Position numbers and translations under genes: made by a program | Notes under the pieces: model-generated | What the model saw: only the letters and a program-made list of their open reading frames with translations | Databases searched by the model: none | Told to the model about the DNA's origin: nothing | Shown: piece by piece, positions 25,812-37,013 of the stretch | How the letters are laid out: every line of letters begins with the position of its first letter | Position numbering within the stretch: the stretch's first letter is position 1 | DNA from: Convolutriloba macropyga | Lineage: Eukaryota | NCBI RefSeq assembly: GCF_964194025.1 | Contig: NC_134474.1 | Coordinates: 18,662,001-18,726,000, forward strand | Direction of reading: 5' to 3' | Length of the DNA stretch: 64,000 bases

Positions 25812-26760
25812 TATAGCAGCCGCCCCTGCGCAATATGTATTATCTTTTGTAATTGAGCGTGGTACTTGTTTTAAATACAAGGATTGAAGTTTAATTAATA
25901 AGTAGATAAAAGCAGAAGAGAATGGTTTCAAATAAATGAAGACCTTATTGAGTGATTAACTCTAAGATAGGTTAATTGTTCAATTAATGAGTTTTTTCCT
26001 CAGTTTGGTCCGTACCCAATATCCGTTCTATCACCGCGGTAAAATAACCAAGTAAATACTGATATGTCACAATTGTTTGTATTGCCCGAAGCCCGAGCTT
26101 TGTCTATTTCAATCTGTCGACACCTATCAAGATTGTGTCACTCATTAATCAAGTAATAAAATAAAATTTAAACTAAATCTTTGACCTTGAAACCCAAGGT
26201 GTGTCTTTCCTTCGGCACTCACTCGTCAAGTACTGGTTATAGTTTTCCAACTGCTGAAGTTCTGACCTCAGTTGGTCATTCTCTTTCTCCATTTTCTCCA
26301 TGGCGTCGCTCTTTTTATCAGTATTGACTTTTAGATCGGCCAACTCCTGCTTAAGTAAGTCGATTGACTGCTCTTGTTCGGCATTTCTAGCTGCCGCCGC
26401 CATTAGGTTATCTCATAGCGCCTCACACTCGGCGCTCAGTTTTCCCAATGCTTCTCTTGTTGCCTTTTTGGCTTTTTGGCAATGTTTGTCTAGTTTTTGT
26501 CGAAGCTCGACAAGATCCTTTCGGAGTAAAGAGTTTGTGCTCTTCAATTTCTCTAACTGCGCGCACTGGTTATGCAGTTCCACTTCAGTCTGCAGAGCTC
26601 GGGACTGAATATTGGCGAGTGCCAGAAGTTCTAGTGTAGACACTTTCCGAGTCCGTGACAGACAAGATTCCTCTCAGTACACTCCCGGGGAAATCTCCGA
26701 AATAACTTTCCACAACTCTGGCATATAGTACACCTTTTTTACATACGTGTGACACTCACA
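25812..26760 (-). repeat. 3' LTR of A, interrupted by a ~525-bp copy of internal sequence (26201-~26727)
   Basis: Matches 33158-33616 on both sides of the insert. The insert matches 27222-~27749. Confidence 0.9.
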
Positions 26761-26888
26761 CTGCCCTCTCTCAAAAAGAATAGAGCGTGCCACTGACTCA
26801 CATAAAATCATAAAAATTTTACAGCTCTTAATGCATGAACGTTTTAAAGTTCAAAAAGTTTGTACTTTTCATATAAAAAGTTTAGTTA

Positions 26889-27790
26889 TCAGTTTTCGTC
26901 ATTCATGACTTTCTCTGCCTCCTCCAGCCCGAAAATGTTGTACGCTTCTCGCGCCCCATCGTTCATCAGTATTTGGTATGCTCGACTAATGGTCTTGAAA
27001 AACTCCTCTTCTCCACCAGCATCAGGGTGCGTCAACAAGCTCATTTTGTGGTAGTGTTTTTTGATCTGATCTTTTGAAGCAGAACTTTTTACCAACAAAA
27101 TCTCGTACAATGTCGCAGGCCGATTCAATATATTTTTATTCCGAATCTCGAATAAACACTTTTCTGTGGCCTTCGTTTTGGCTTTCTCGTTCTTCAAGGA
27201 TGCTTTTGTCTATCAATTACAGTGTCTTTCCTTCGGCACTCACTCGCCAAGTACTGGTTATAGTTTTCCAACTGCTGAAGTTCTGACCTCAGTTGGTCAT
27301 TCTCTTTTTCCATTTTCTCCATGGCGTCGCTCTTTTTATCAGTATTGACTTTTAGATCGGCCAACTCCTGCTTAAGTAAGTCGATTGACTGCTCTTGTTC
27401 GGCATTTCTAGCTGCCGCCGCCTTTAGGTTATCTCTTAGCGCCTCACACTCGGCGCTCAGTTTTCCCAATGCTTCTCTTGTTGCCTCTTTGGCTTTTTGG
27501 CAAAGTTTGTCTAGTTTTTGCCGAAGCTCGACAAGATCCTTTCGGAGTAAAGAGTTTGTGCTCTTCAATTTCTCTAACTGCGCGCACTGGTTATGCAGTT
27601 CCACTTCAGTCTGCAGAACTCGGGACCGAATATTGGCGAGTGCCAGAAGTTCTAGTGTAGACACTTTCCGAGTCCGTGACAGACAAGATTCCTCTCAGTA
27701 CACTCCCGGGGAAATCTCCGAAATAGCTTTCCACAACTCTGGCATATAGTACACATATTCACCAATTTGTGGGGTCTCACTGCCTGCTAT
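26889..27790 (-). pseudogene. Element A accessory ORF: small N-terminal domain + coiled coil + C-terminal J-domain (DnaJ)
   Basis: TLYEILLVKSSASKDQIKKHYHKMSLLTHPDAGGEEEFFKTISRAYQIL...REAYN is a canonical J-domain with HPD. It joins the heptad-rich 27194-27664 ORF by a 1-nt frameshift near 27200. One in-frame TGA lies near 27697. Confidence 0.88.
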
Positions 27791-27982
27791 GTTTAACAAA
27801 AACCATTTTTGCTTCTGAAGTTTCTCAATATTTCCAGTCTTGATCTCATTTTTGCTTTCCCCTTATTTTTGTTGGTCTTGACCTCAAGACAACGCTTTTT
27901 AATTTTTTTCTCTTTTTTTGGTCTTGAACTCAAGACAAGTCATTTTCATTTTTTTCTGTCCTGAACTCAAGACAAGTCATTT

Positions 27983-29490
27983 TCATTCATTTGTTTTGGT
28001 CCCGGACTCAAGACAACTCATTTTCATTTCTTTATTTGTTTTTTTTAACACAAACGAAACTTTCAAGGACTCTTTTTCTTCAATCATTTTCTTTTGTTCT
28101 CGGCGCTCATTAACTAATTTTAGTAGTTGATTATACATACGTGTTCCCGTTACAGGGTCGAGATTCCGCAACAGTTGTTGCCAGGAGGCTCCATTAATGA
28201 CTAATCCTAAACGAAAAATCCTAAACGACTAATCTAATAGACGAAAAATTCTGACCCTCTACTAACACAGAAACTTCTTCTGTGCAAAAAGGAAGTTTAG
28301 TTATTGTTGCTACCATCTTTGCACATTTATGAACATATAACACAGATCCTGCTCTTTCGACGAGAGTTCCTTTCTCGAAGAGCGTTACCGATGGTCTAAC
28401 AATGTTTTTTGATATTTCAATCATAGTTTGAATTTTTAGTCGTTGAATCTCGCATTGGAGCGTTCTAATTTTCATTAAAAAATTTCTCTCTCCTTGAGAA
28501 GTTCGAAATTTAAGGTGTCAACAACGCTTGAAAGAAACATTTCCATGGTTATTTTAAGTTTACCAGTTTTCAGTTCTGAACTTTCCTCGGAGTAAAAACA
28601 CCTGGAACTCCAGTTGTTTTCACCTGCTGTCCACACAAACTAATTGCTTTTTCCTCTAAGATTTCTAATGCAAAATCTTCATATTTGTTTTTGTGTAAAA
28701 TTTTTCCGCTGATAAAAGTAGTCTTGTTGTTACCAAAAATTTTTACAGGGTCCTCCTTATTAAAGTGTTTGATCGTTTGACATGTTTGCTCACCTTGTGG
28801 TATATGTGGTTTTGATAAAAACATCTTTCGAGAAACCTAGGGGATCCTTAAATCTTAAGAGGTTTCTTTATATCAGCGTTCCCCAAATTGTTCCGATGAA
28901 AAGTTTTGCATTGATCATCACATTTCCAATAAATTGTACTCCTGTAGGTGAAACCCACTCTACAGGCTTAGCATACATAGCACCTTCACGATTATTTTTT
29001 TTTTCATGAAGCTCTGGCTATGCTCATCGGCATAAGTAGTTTCACTTGCTCTATGTAAAATCTTTTTCGTTACTGAATTGTTGATTTTAAAGATTTTATC
29101 TCCAAACCCTGGTAAAGCAAATTTTTTGTTTTGCCAAATGCTCCTACAGGTTCCCTCGTTTAATGGATATATGGATTTTAGGAGTCTTTAGTTTTTGGTA
29201 ATAAAGACAACATCGTCATATACATTGCTTTTTTTTAGTGCAGACACAGTATATTCCGCTTCATACATGCAAAATCTTAATTTTATCTCGAGCTGAACGT
29301 CAGCATATATCAAACTACCTTCTTCTATTGTTTTCGACACTCGAATTTTGTTATCACAGTTTGTACTGTGATCCAATGAATATATTTTTGTTGATACGAT
29401 ATTCGCCAAAACATAGCCGTAGAATTTAATACGAAGTGAAGGAGAAGCAAAAATGGCTAACAATGCCATATACAAACATAGTGACATTCC
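27983..29490 (-). pseudogene. Element A env-like glycoprotein (class III fusion, chuvirus/gB-like); frameshifted, TM region deleted
   Basis: Signal-peptide-like MSLCLYMALLAIFASPS, then FYGY...YSLDHSTNC and AGSVLYVHKC...FCTEEVSV. Collinear with env of element B. Confidence 0.7.
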
Positions 29491-29804
29491 ATCACACGAT
29501 GCTCCAGACGAACTCGTCCTTCTTTTCGATTCCAATATTTCTTTCTGGGTTTTCCTTAGACAAAAACATCATCAGTTTCCTGGCTGCTAAAGTACTCCTC
29601 ATCTTGCTCAGTAAAGTAATTTTTTAAAATCTCAGGCACCGATTTTAATCGACTGCTAGACCTTGTAGTCATTTTTGTTGCCTTGGGATTACTATTAATT
29701 TTTTTAGTACTTTTTGTTTTACTACTAGATTCCTCTGTCTTTTTTTCTGGTTTTGGAATTTTTGTTTCTGCCTTTTCTTTTCAGTGTAGCTTTTAATGAA
29801 GTTG

Positions 29805-32521
29805 CTACTCCTCCCTCGGGAACATTTTGTGCCTTCTCTTGCCCTTTAGAGGTTTCTTGCTCTGACTCTTTGCTTCATTCTCACACGTTTCTTTTGTAAC
29901 ATTTAGTGAATCGTTAGCATCCTCAGCTTCGGATTGATTTTCTGTGTTTAGATTGCTTTCACTGTCTGTTGATGATTCTATTTCAATTATATCGCCATCG
30001 TCTGAGCTGTTCAAATCGCTATTCTTCTGCTCCTTAATGGTTGTTTTTCGTTTCGCCTAAGGATCAGGCGTGAATGGTTTTTCTCGTGTTTTAAATTTCT
30101 TCATTCGGTCATAATGAACCTTGATAGCTTTCCTCGTCTTTTTATCTTCTACCTTGAAATTCAAATCGTTTATAATTTCAACAATTATGTCTGTTCCTCT
30201 AAAGAAAGAAGTAAATTTTCTTGTTTTTCCTTTTTTAACCGTTGGGTTGAAAACTAACACTTCTTCGCCAACTTTATAACTCGGCCCATACTTACTGCGA
30301 TCATAATATGACTTCTGCTGTTCTTGTTTGACATCCATATACTCTCGCATCAACTGGTGCGTTTCCTGTGGTTTCTGTTTCATCGTGAAAACCAGGTCAC
30401 TTTGCTGCATATTTTGTGGTCTGTGGTGTGCTATAGATGCAGTCTATATGTAGCGACAGTGGAAAACCCAGTACAACAAACGCTGGGTTGTATCTTGTTA
30501 CACTATGAATTGATGATCGATATGCCATCATCGCTAAAGGTAGAAAATTAGTCCACTCGTGTTGTTATTGTCCTATATATTTGGAGAGGCATTCTTCTAT
30601 TGTTCGATTTGTTCGTTCAATCATCGCGTTCCCTTGTGGATGGTAGCATGTGGTTGATGTCCTCTGAATTCCTAGTTCACTGTAAAGACTACGAAACAGT
30701 TTAGACATAAAGTTTGACCCTTGGTCACTGTGTAGGTTGACTGTACAGCCGAATCTTACTATCCAGTGTTAAACAAACGCTTTAGCCACAGTTTTTGCCT
30801 CTTGATTGGGTAACGCTACTGCTTCGTACCACTTAGTGAATTGATCACCGATAAGCAAAATGTACTTGTTTCTGTCAGACTCGGGAAGTGGACCCATGAT
30901 ATCAAGAGATACTTGCCAAAATGGGTGACTAGGTTTCCATTTTGTGAGTGAATGACGATGTTTCTGCTTAGTGCCTTTCCTTTTTAGGCAAACGTCACAA
31001 CTTTCTATCCAGTTTCTTTCGTCCCTTCTCATGCACGGCCAATAAAACCTTTCGCAAGCTTTTTTGTACGTTTTCTCTATACCAAAGTGTCCTGCGCTAG
31101 GCGAATCATGCAACAGTTCAAGAACGTTGGTCACTCTACCCCCGGGGTACCAGCATTTGGTAATTAGTTTCAAAGTTAGGTTCTGTTTGGTGTTTTCGAT
31201 ACAAAATCCCTTCTATGAGAAAAAGATTTTTATACTGAACCCGGTATTTCCATAACTCCTTTGAAGCTCAGTTTCTCATTTGCCGTGGTTTGGGTCTTTT
31301 CTTGTTTATGACCCATGATTATACTTCTTTGAGTATATTGTCACTTTGCTGCGAATACCGCAGTTTTGCTCTCTGTAGTTTGTGTAACTGCCAACCTCGA
31401 CTACTATTGTCGGTACCGTCTTGCTCTACGTCTAGCGCAATAGCGCTAACGAAATCTGTTTGGTCCTCATCTTCTGTGTTTATGCGCGAAAGACAGTCAG
31501 CTTATGGGATTTTTTTCCTGCTCTATGCTTGATGTCAAAATTAAATTGCCCAAGTTTCTCTATCCATCTTGCGGCCATAACGTATGGTTCCTTAAAACTA
31601 TAGATCCGCACGAGAGCCCTGTGGTCCGTTATAATCAAAAAATGCTGACCAAGTAAATAGTTTTTAAAATAATAGGTAAAATGAACTATTGCAAAAAATT
31701 CCCGCTTAGTTGCTGAGTAGTTTCGTTGACTTTTACTCAAAATTTTGCTAGCATGTGCAACAACTTTATCCTCAGTTCCTTGTTACCGTGTAAGGTTTGC
31801 TCCGATGCCTGTCAACGATGCATCGGTAGTTAATGTATATTGATCCCTATCTTTTGGATATCCTGAAACTGGGGCTTCCAAAAGCTTTTTCTTCAACTCT
31901 GCTACCGCACTTGTGCGCTCTGTACTCCATTCAAATTTATTTGATTTATTTAGTAACCTGTAAAGAGTTTCTACTGTTTTTCCGAAACCCGGAATGAATT
32001 TTCGATAATAGCCCACAAGGCTCAGAAAAGCCCTGACGTCTTTTAGGGATGATGGTTCTTTCATTTTTTCTACCGCTCTTACTTTCTCTGGGTCGACCTC
32101 GACACCACTCTCAGATATAATATGTTCTAAAAAGCTGATGCGCTTTTGGAAGAAATTGCATTTTGATCCTTTAATCTTTAATCCGATAAACGATGGAAAA
32201 CCAGCTCTAACCGTTTAAGATGTTCTTCGAAATTTCAAAAACGATAAGGTCGTCTAGATAAACTAAAACTATCTCGTAAGAGAGATCAGCAAAAATTATT
32301 TCCATTAGGTTTTGAAAAGCCCCTGGTGCAGAAGCTAGTCCCATAGGGAGCCTTTTCCACTTATATAGGCCCAAAGGTGTTATAAAAGCTGTTACATTTT
32401 GACTCTCTTCCTCCAACGCCATTTGAAAGTATCCCGACAGAAGATCAATGTTTGAGGAGTACATGTTTCCCTCCAGTGAATCAATAACCTCATTCCACCG
32501 AAAGTGTACGATAGAAATCAA
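29805..32521 (-). pseudogene. Element A pol fragments: RT (32207-32521), RNase H (31480-32064), integrase (30057-31173), acidic tail
   Basis: IDLLSGYFQ..LPMGLASAP..YLDD; TTDASLTGIG; TDHRAL; HDSPSAGHFG..FYWP..CDVC; SLDIMGP; GPSYKVGEEVLV. Confidence 0.93.
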
Positions 32522-32714
32522 TAGCCGACTTTTGTAACCTTAACGCGAAATAATGCGGACGTTCATCAATTTCGGTCTCGGCGCCGTTTACTGTTTCTTT
32601 TCTTTGCCACTTTTGAAGTTGTAATAAGAGCTCAAAGTTTGTAATATAACATTCAGAATCATTTGATCCAGTAAACGGTTCCGGTGACAGCGTTTTTGAG
32701 GAGTGCCGCACCAT
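32490..32714 (-). pseudogene. Element A gag N-terminus, joined to RT by an internal deletion of most of gag and the protease
   Basis: PEPFTGSND..YITNFELL..PHYFALRL..AIDFYRTL is homologous to the gag start of B (PEAFTGSNDLESYVTHFE) and runs directly into RT sequence. Confidence 0.8.
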
Positions 32715-33157
32715 CTTTATTTTATTTAAAAGCTGTTGTTATTCAAAATATTTCACTAATTCTATTCGCAACTCGAACTATTTTTCCGACACTCCAGTTA
32801 ACAGCTTTTAAATATGATTGAAACTCTAATTCCCTCTTCAATAAATGCAAAAAACTCGAGTTTCGATGCTTGAGTTTAAGTCAAATTCAGTCAAATTAAA
32901 TTACTGATATTTCTGAACGCTATTTTTTATCAAAAAAATATGTACGCCCTGATTTATGCTATTCGAATTTTTAGGGAGTCCTCACTTGAAAGTTCCAAGA
33001 TGGCAGTTGTTCTTGTCGAATCCCGACAGCAGTCCACAATTCGTCTTCTGGGTCGTGATGTTAAGACGTCGAACTCGAGTTTAAAAGTTGGAAATTAGTA
33101 CAACGCTCAATATTATTGGTAGGTGGTTTTCTATTTACTTTTAATCTCTGTCGCCAC

Positions 33158-33616
33158 TATATCAGCCGCCCGTGCGCAATATGTATTATCTTTTGTAATC
33201 GAGCGTGGTACTTGTTTAAAATACAAGGATTGAAGTTTAATTAATATGTAGATAAAAGCAGAAGAGAATGGTTTCAAATAAATGAAGACCTAATTGAGTG
33301 ATTAACTCTAAGATAGGTTTTTTGTTCAATGAATGATTTTTTTCCTCAGTTTTGTCCGTACCCAATATCGGTTCCATCACCGAGGTAATTTAACCAAGTA
33401 AATACTGATATGTCACAATTGTTAGTATTGCTCAAAGCCCGATGTCTATTGGCCCATGCTCAAAATGCCCCATGCTTTGTCTAATTCAATCTGTCGACAC
33501 CTATCAAGATTGTGTCAGACATTAATCAAGTAATAAAACAAAATTTAAACAAAATCTTTGACCTTGAAACCCAAGGTTTTTAGTACACCTTTTTTTACAT
33601 ACGTGTGACACTCACA
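33158..33616 (-). repeat. 5' LTR of element A
   Basis: Direct repeat of 25812-26760. Starts TGTGAGTG on the minus strand; the PBS follows after a 1-nt spacer. Confidence 0.92.
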
Positions 33617-34099
33617 TACAATATTTAGCCTATTTACAACTCATATTTACATCCGTTATCAATTTATTTAAAAACATTCCTATTCCGGAATTGTCGATTT
33701 TGGCCATGTCTTTTCAGGGTTATTTCGATTTTGCCCTAAACTTAGGTATCCCTATTGTGGAGGTTTTGCAAACTTCGTTTTGTCATGCACAAAATGTTTT
33801 TTGCCCTATGTATCCTCATCTAGTCAAAATTAAAATTTGAACTAATACTTTAACGTGAGTTACCGCCCCCTATATTTGTAATATCCGTGCACTGTGTACG
33901 GTTACGGGCTGGGTTGGGGGTTTTTCGAAAGCACTTTAAAACCTCGGGGTTACTGATGAAAATCTTCTAAGTCTAAGACTTTAATTAATTATGAAGATGT
34001 AAATATTCAAAACTGTTCAATATAGAGTTAGAATTATTGATCTAAAATACAACAAGATTCAAAAGATGAGAAAGTGTAGAGCTAATAAGAGAAAGACAA

Positions 34100-34806
34100 A
34101 ATTTTGAACAAGTCCTCCCGACCACCCATGTTCGGATGACAGAGCATTGCGAACGTTTGAAATGTTTTTGGATAGTACTGGTTGTGGCCCCCAGTGGCAG
34201 GAATAGAAGCTCATAAAAGTTCGGAGGTAGACTGAACGGGCTCTGCGCTTTGATTGCCTCCAGTCTCTTCTGGATGAGTTTTCTGATATCTATATCGGCA
34301 TTCTCAAAATCCCGAGCTAAACACTCCCGCTCATCCACCAAAGCGATAAATTCTCCTGTCTTTGTTTCGGCTACCTTCGTAACCTCCGCCAACTTTTTCT
34401 TCATTATTTCCACCTGCCTCCTGCAGAACTCCCGCTGATTCCCAGCGTACTCAAGCAGTCCATTGGTCTCAAGCAATTGATCGCTTAACCTTTCACTTTC
34501 AAGTTTTAACTGCCGGAGCTCCTCTTCGAGCCGAGCCCCGGCAGTTCCCAGCATTTCGCTGTTGTCAATCTTCTTTTACTGTTCCTCGATTCTCTGATGC
34601 ATCCCATTTAACTCCATAACACTAATTGCGGCTCTATCTACTATATTTGGTGGTTGCAGCTGCGTCAATGGCACCACGTATCTTTTCTTTGAGGTTACTC
34701 CAACAATCAGATACACTTGGTGCCTGACTATCGACCTGACCTCGAACAACTCGGGTAGATAGTAGCAATAATCGACCATTTTTGGTTCTGCATTCCAACA
34801 TATCAT
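34100..34806 (-). pseudogene. Element B accessory ORF: N-terminal domain + coiled coil + J-domain (C-terminus lost in a deletion into the 3' LTR)
   Basis: 34576-34806 and 34042-34554 are in one frame, split by a single TAA. NFYELLFLPLGATTSTIQKHFK continues after a frameshift as FAMLCHPNMGGREDLFKILS. Confidence 0.8.
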
Positions 34807-34959
34807 ACATTTAAATTAATCTACCAGTCAATCTCAATTTCTGTCATATCTGGTACAGTTTAGCTTTTTTTGCTTTTATAACTACAACGTATGCATTACC
34901 ATCACACAGTTCAACTGTCTTTTTTACTGTCAATTTTCCGTCCTTAGTACGTTGTTTTA

Positions 34960-36885
34960 GATGATGAAAATAACCTAGTTCCCCTATTGGGTTAAATAGT
35001 TAAAGAGAAATTACAGGATTCGTGCCACTGCGTAGCATATCGATTGAAAGAAACACACGTACTAAACAAAATATGATTTTCGATCCGAAAAAAATTGCCA
35101 TCAAACTAATGGTTATTTCCCTGGCCACATGCCAGACTTGTTTCACTTCACTAACTAAAATTCAAAAATCAGCAATCCATGCCACTGGTGATTGTACTTC
35201 AAGTCCGTGTTGAAATACTCTAGAGTCTCATGCTCATATAAGCCTCCTTGTCCCAGGAAAACTTCTCCTCATGTAATCGTTTTTCTCAAATGCCTTAATC
35301 TTTGGGCCCTTTTGCTCAATTCTAGGCCTTTGTCATTGAAAAATTCTTCCATTGGCGCGGAGGTTGACCAATTGACGCTAGCTCTGTAATTAGGCATATC
35401 ATTGGGTTTAACAATCAGTTGTATTCGTCTGGCATATGTTATCCATGACCCATTCTGCAATTCAAGAGCAATCGAGTACATGGGGTTGCAATTAATTAGT
35501 GTGAAATTTCAATAGAATACTCTAGAAGCAGGGTCCATGTATCTAATTCCTTCTGAACTGTTGTCAGAAGACACCCTAATTGGTACTTCCTCGGTACAAA
35601 ACTGGTTTTCGACAGCATGTACGATAAATTTAGCGCACCTATGGACATAAAGTCTTCCTCCAGCTCTTTCTGCGTGTGTACCTAGAGCGTTTTGTTGGTT
35701 TAGGGAAATTTGGTGTGAGTTCCCGTTAATTGGTGTCGTTAAAATCATAGCTCTGTGCAGTGTTTCTATGTGAAAGTTTAATAACTCTATTTGTTTCAGA
35801 TTTTCAAACATGCCTCAAAAATCCCACACAAAAAGTAGATCAAGTTTTATGTCCCTGAGATCTGTAAAACAAATTTCTGTGATTTGTTTCAAAATGCAGA
35901 AAATTGTCTATCTGTTTTGTCTTGTTTTTCAACTGAACATCTATATTTATTTTTCTGTCTAATTTGCTCTTCAAATATTTTTCGTTTCCAGCGCGGACTA
36001 TTTTTGCTGTTATCGAGTCTGAAAATTTAACTATCGTTAAGATACTTGGTTTTTTGTCTTGGTCGAACAAATATTGTACTGAATCTATTTCAAATGTGTC
36101 TCCTTGATATAACAAGGTCTGCTCCTGTTTCAGAGGGTCTTTAAAATATAACCATTTTTTCAGAGGGTCTTTAAAATATAACCATTTTTAAAATATAACT
36201 GGTTATATGAAATATAACCAGTTTCTTCATTTGCTTCCCTAATTTCAATGAACAAAGTCCCGATGAAAATTTCAGCATTTATCATGATGTTACTTTTCTG
36301 TGTTATTTGTGCAACTTTTGGATTGATCCAATCCACGGGGTAGACATAATTCTTTCCTTTCTCATCTCCGCCTTTCATGAATGTTTTTGATACCTTTTGA
36401 AAAAACTCTGCGTCAGTTCGGTTAACATTCATCTCATCAAGGACTTCTTTAGGAGATTGAATTTAAAGTCACCAAGACACGGTAACCGCGTTTTGTGTCC
36501 CTGCCAAAGGTTTTGGCAGACTGATTCTTTTATTGGGTAAAACGTTAGAATTATTTGTGATTTTTTGTTAGGTAAGTTGCGTCGTCATACCAAACACTTT
36601 TTTTTTCAGCACAGTTACCGTATATGCAGCCCTGTACATGCAGTATTTTAGTTTACTCCTGCTGCCTTCGGCGTAGATGAGTCCTCCTTTGTTTACCTGC
36701 TCCTCATTTATATGTAACTTTTCGCATTTCGTTGGTTCCGTCATGTCAAATTTTTGCGTCTGCAGAATGTTCTCAAAATCATACCCCGCAATCTCCAAGG
36801 ATTGTTAAGAACAAACTATGATAACCATTTGGAGAAGCTTCCAGTTCAGCTGCACGTTCCAATGTGGTCTTCACGCCCTCTGCAT
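34960..36885 (-). pseudogene. Element B env-like glycoprotein (class III fusion, chuvirus/gB-like), roughly 630 codons, frameshifted
   Basis: IAGYDFEN..KFDMTEPTKC; KYCMYRAAYTV; AGGRLYVHRC..FCTEEVPI..YMDPASRVFY; CNPMYSIALELQNGSW. C-terminal hydrophobic helix ITISLMAIFFGSKIIFCLVRVFL near 35050-35120. Confidence 0.75.
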
Positions 36886-37013
36886 TTTGTCGTATCACCT
36901 TTTTAAAAAAATACATCATTGTCAAACATTTCATCGGAATCGTTATCCTTGAATAAAAAATAGTCTTTGAGTTACCGTGGTCTTGTTATTCCCGACGCAC
37001 TTCTTGTTTGATA

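Larger units (their letters stand above)
25812..33616 (-). mobile_element. Element A: Ty3/Gypsy LTR retrotransposon, gag-pol-env plus J-domain ORF; degenerate and internally deleted
   Basis: Paired LTRs, 4-bp TSD taca (25808-25811, 33617-33620), PBS tggcgacaga at 33156-33147, PPT gagagagggcag next to 26760, and RT-RNase H-integrase order. Confidence 0.93.

Noticed and set aside
26889-27197. J-domain as an ordinary host DnaJ gene
   Set aside because: It is intronless, lies inside LTR/TSD boundaries next to the PPT, and recurs at the same position in three elements.
27870-28030. Spaced ctcaagacaa repeats resembling a CRISPR-like array
   Set aside because: Eukaryotic context, irregular spacing and similar spacers; these are simple degenerate tandem repeats in the env tail.
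33920-33985. GAAA...CTGATGA in the LTR of B as a hammerhead ribozyme
   Set aside because: Stems II and III do not form convincingly, and the other LTR copy lacks the GAAA.
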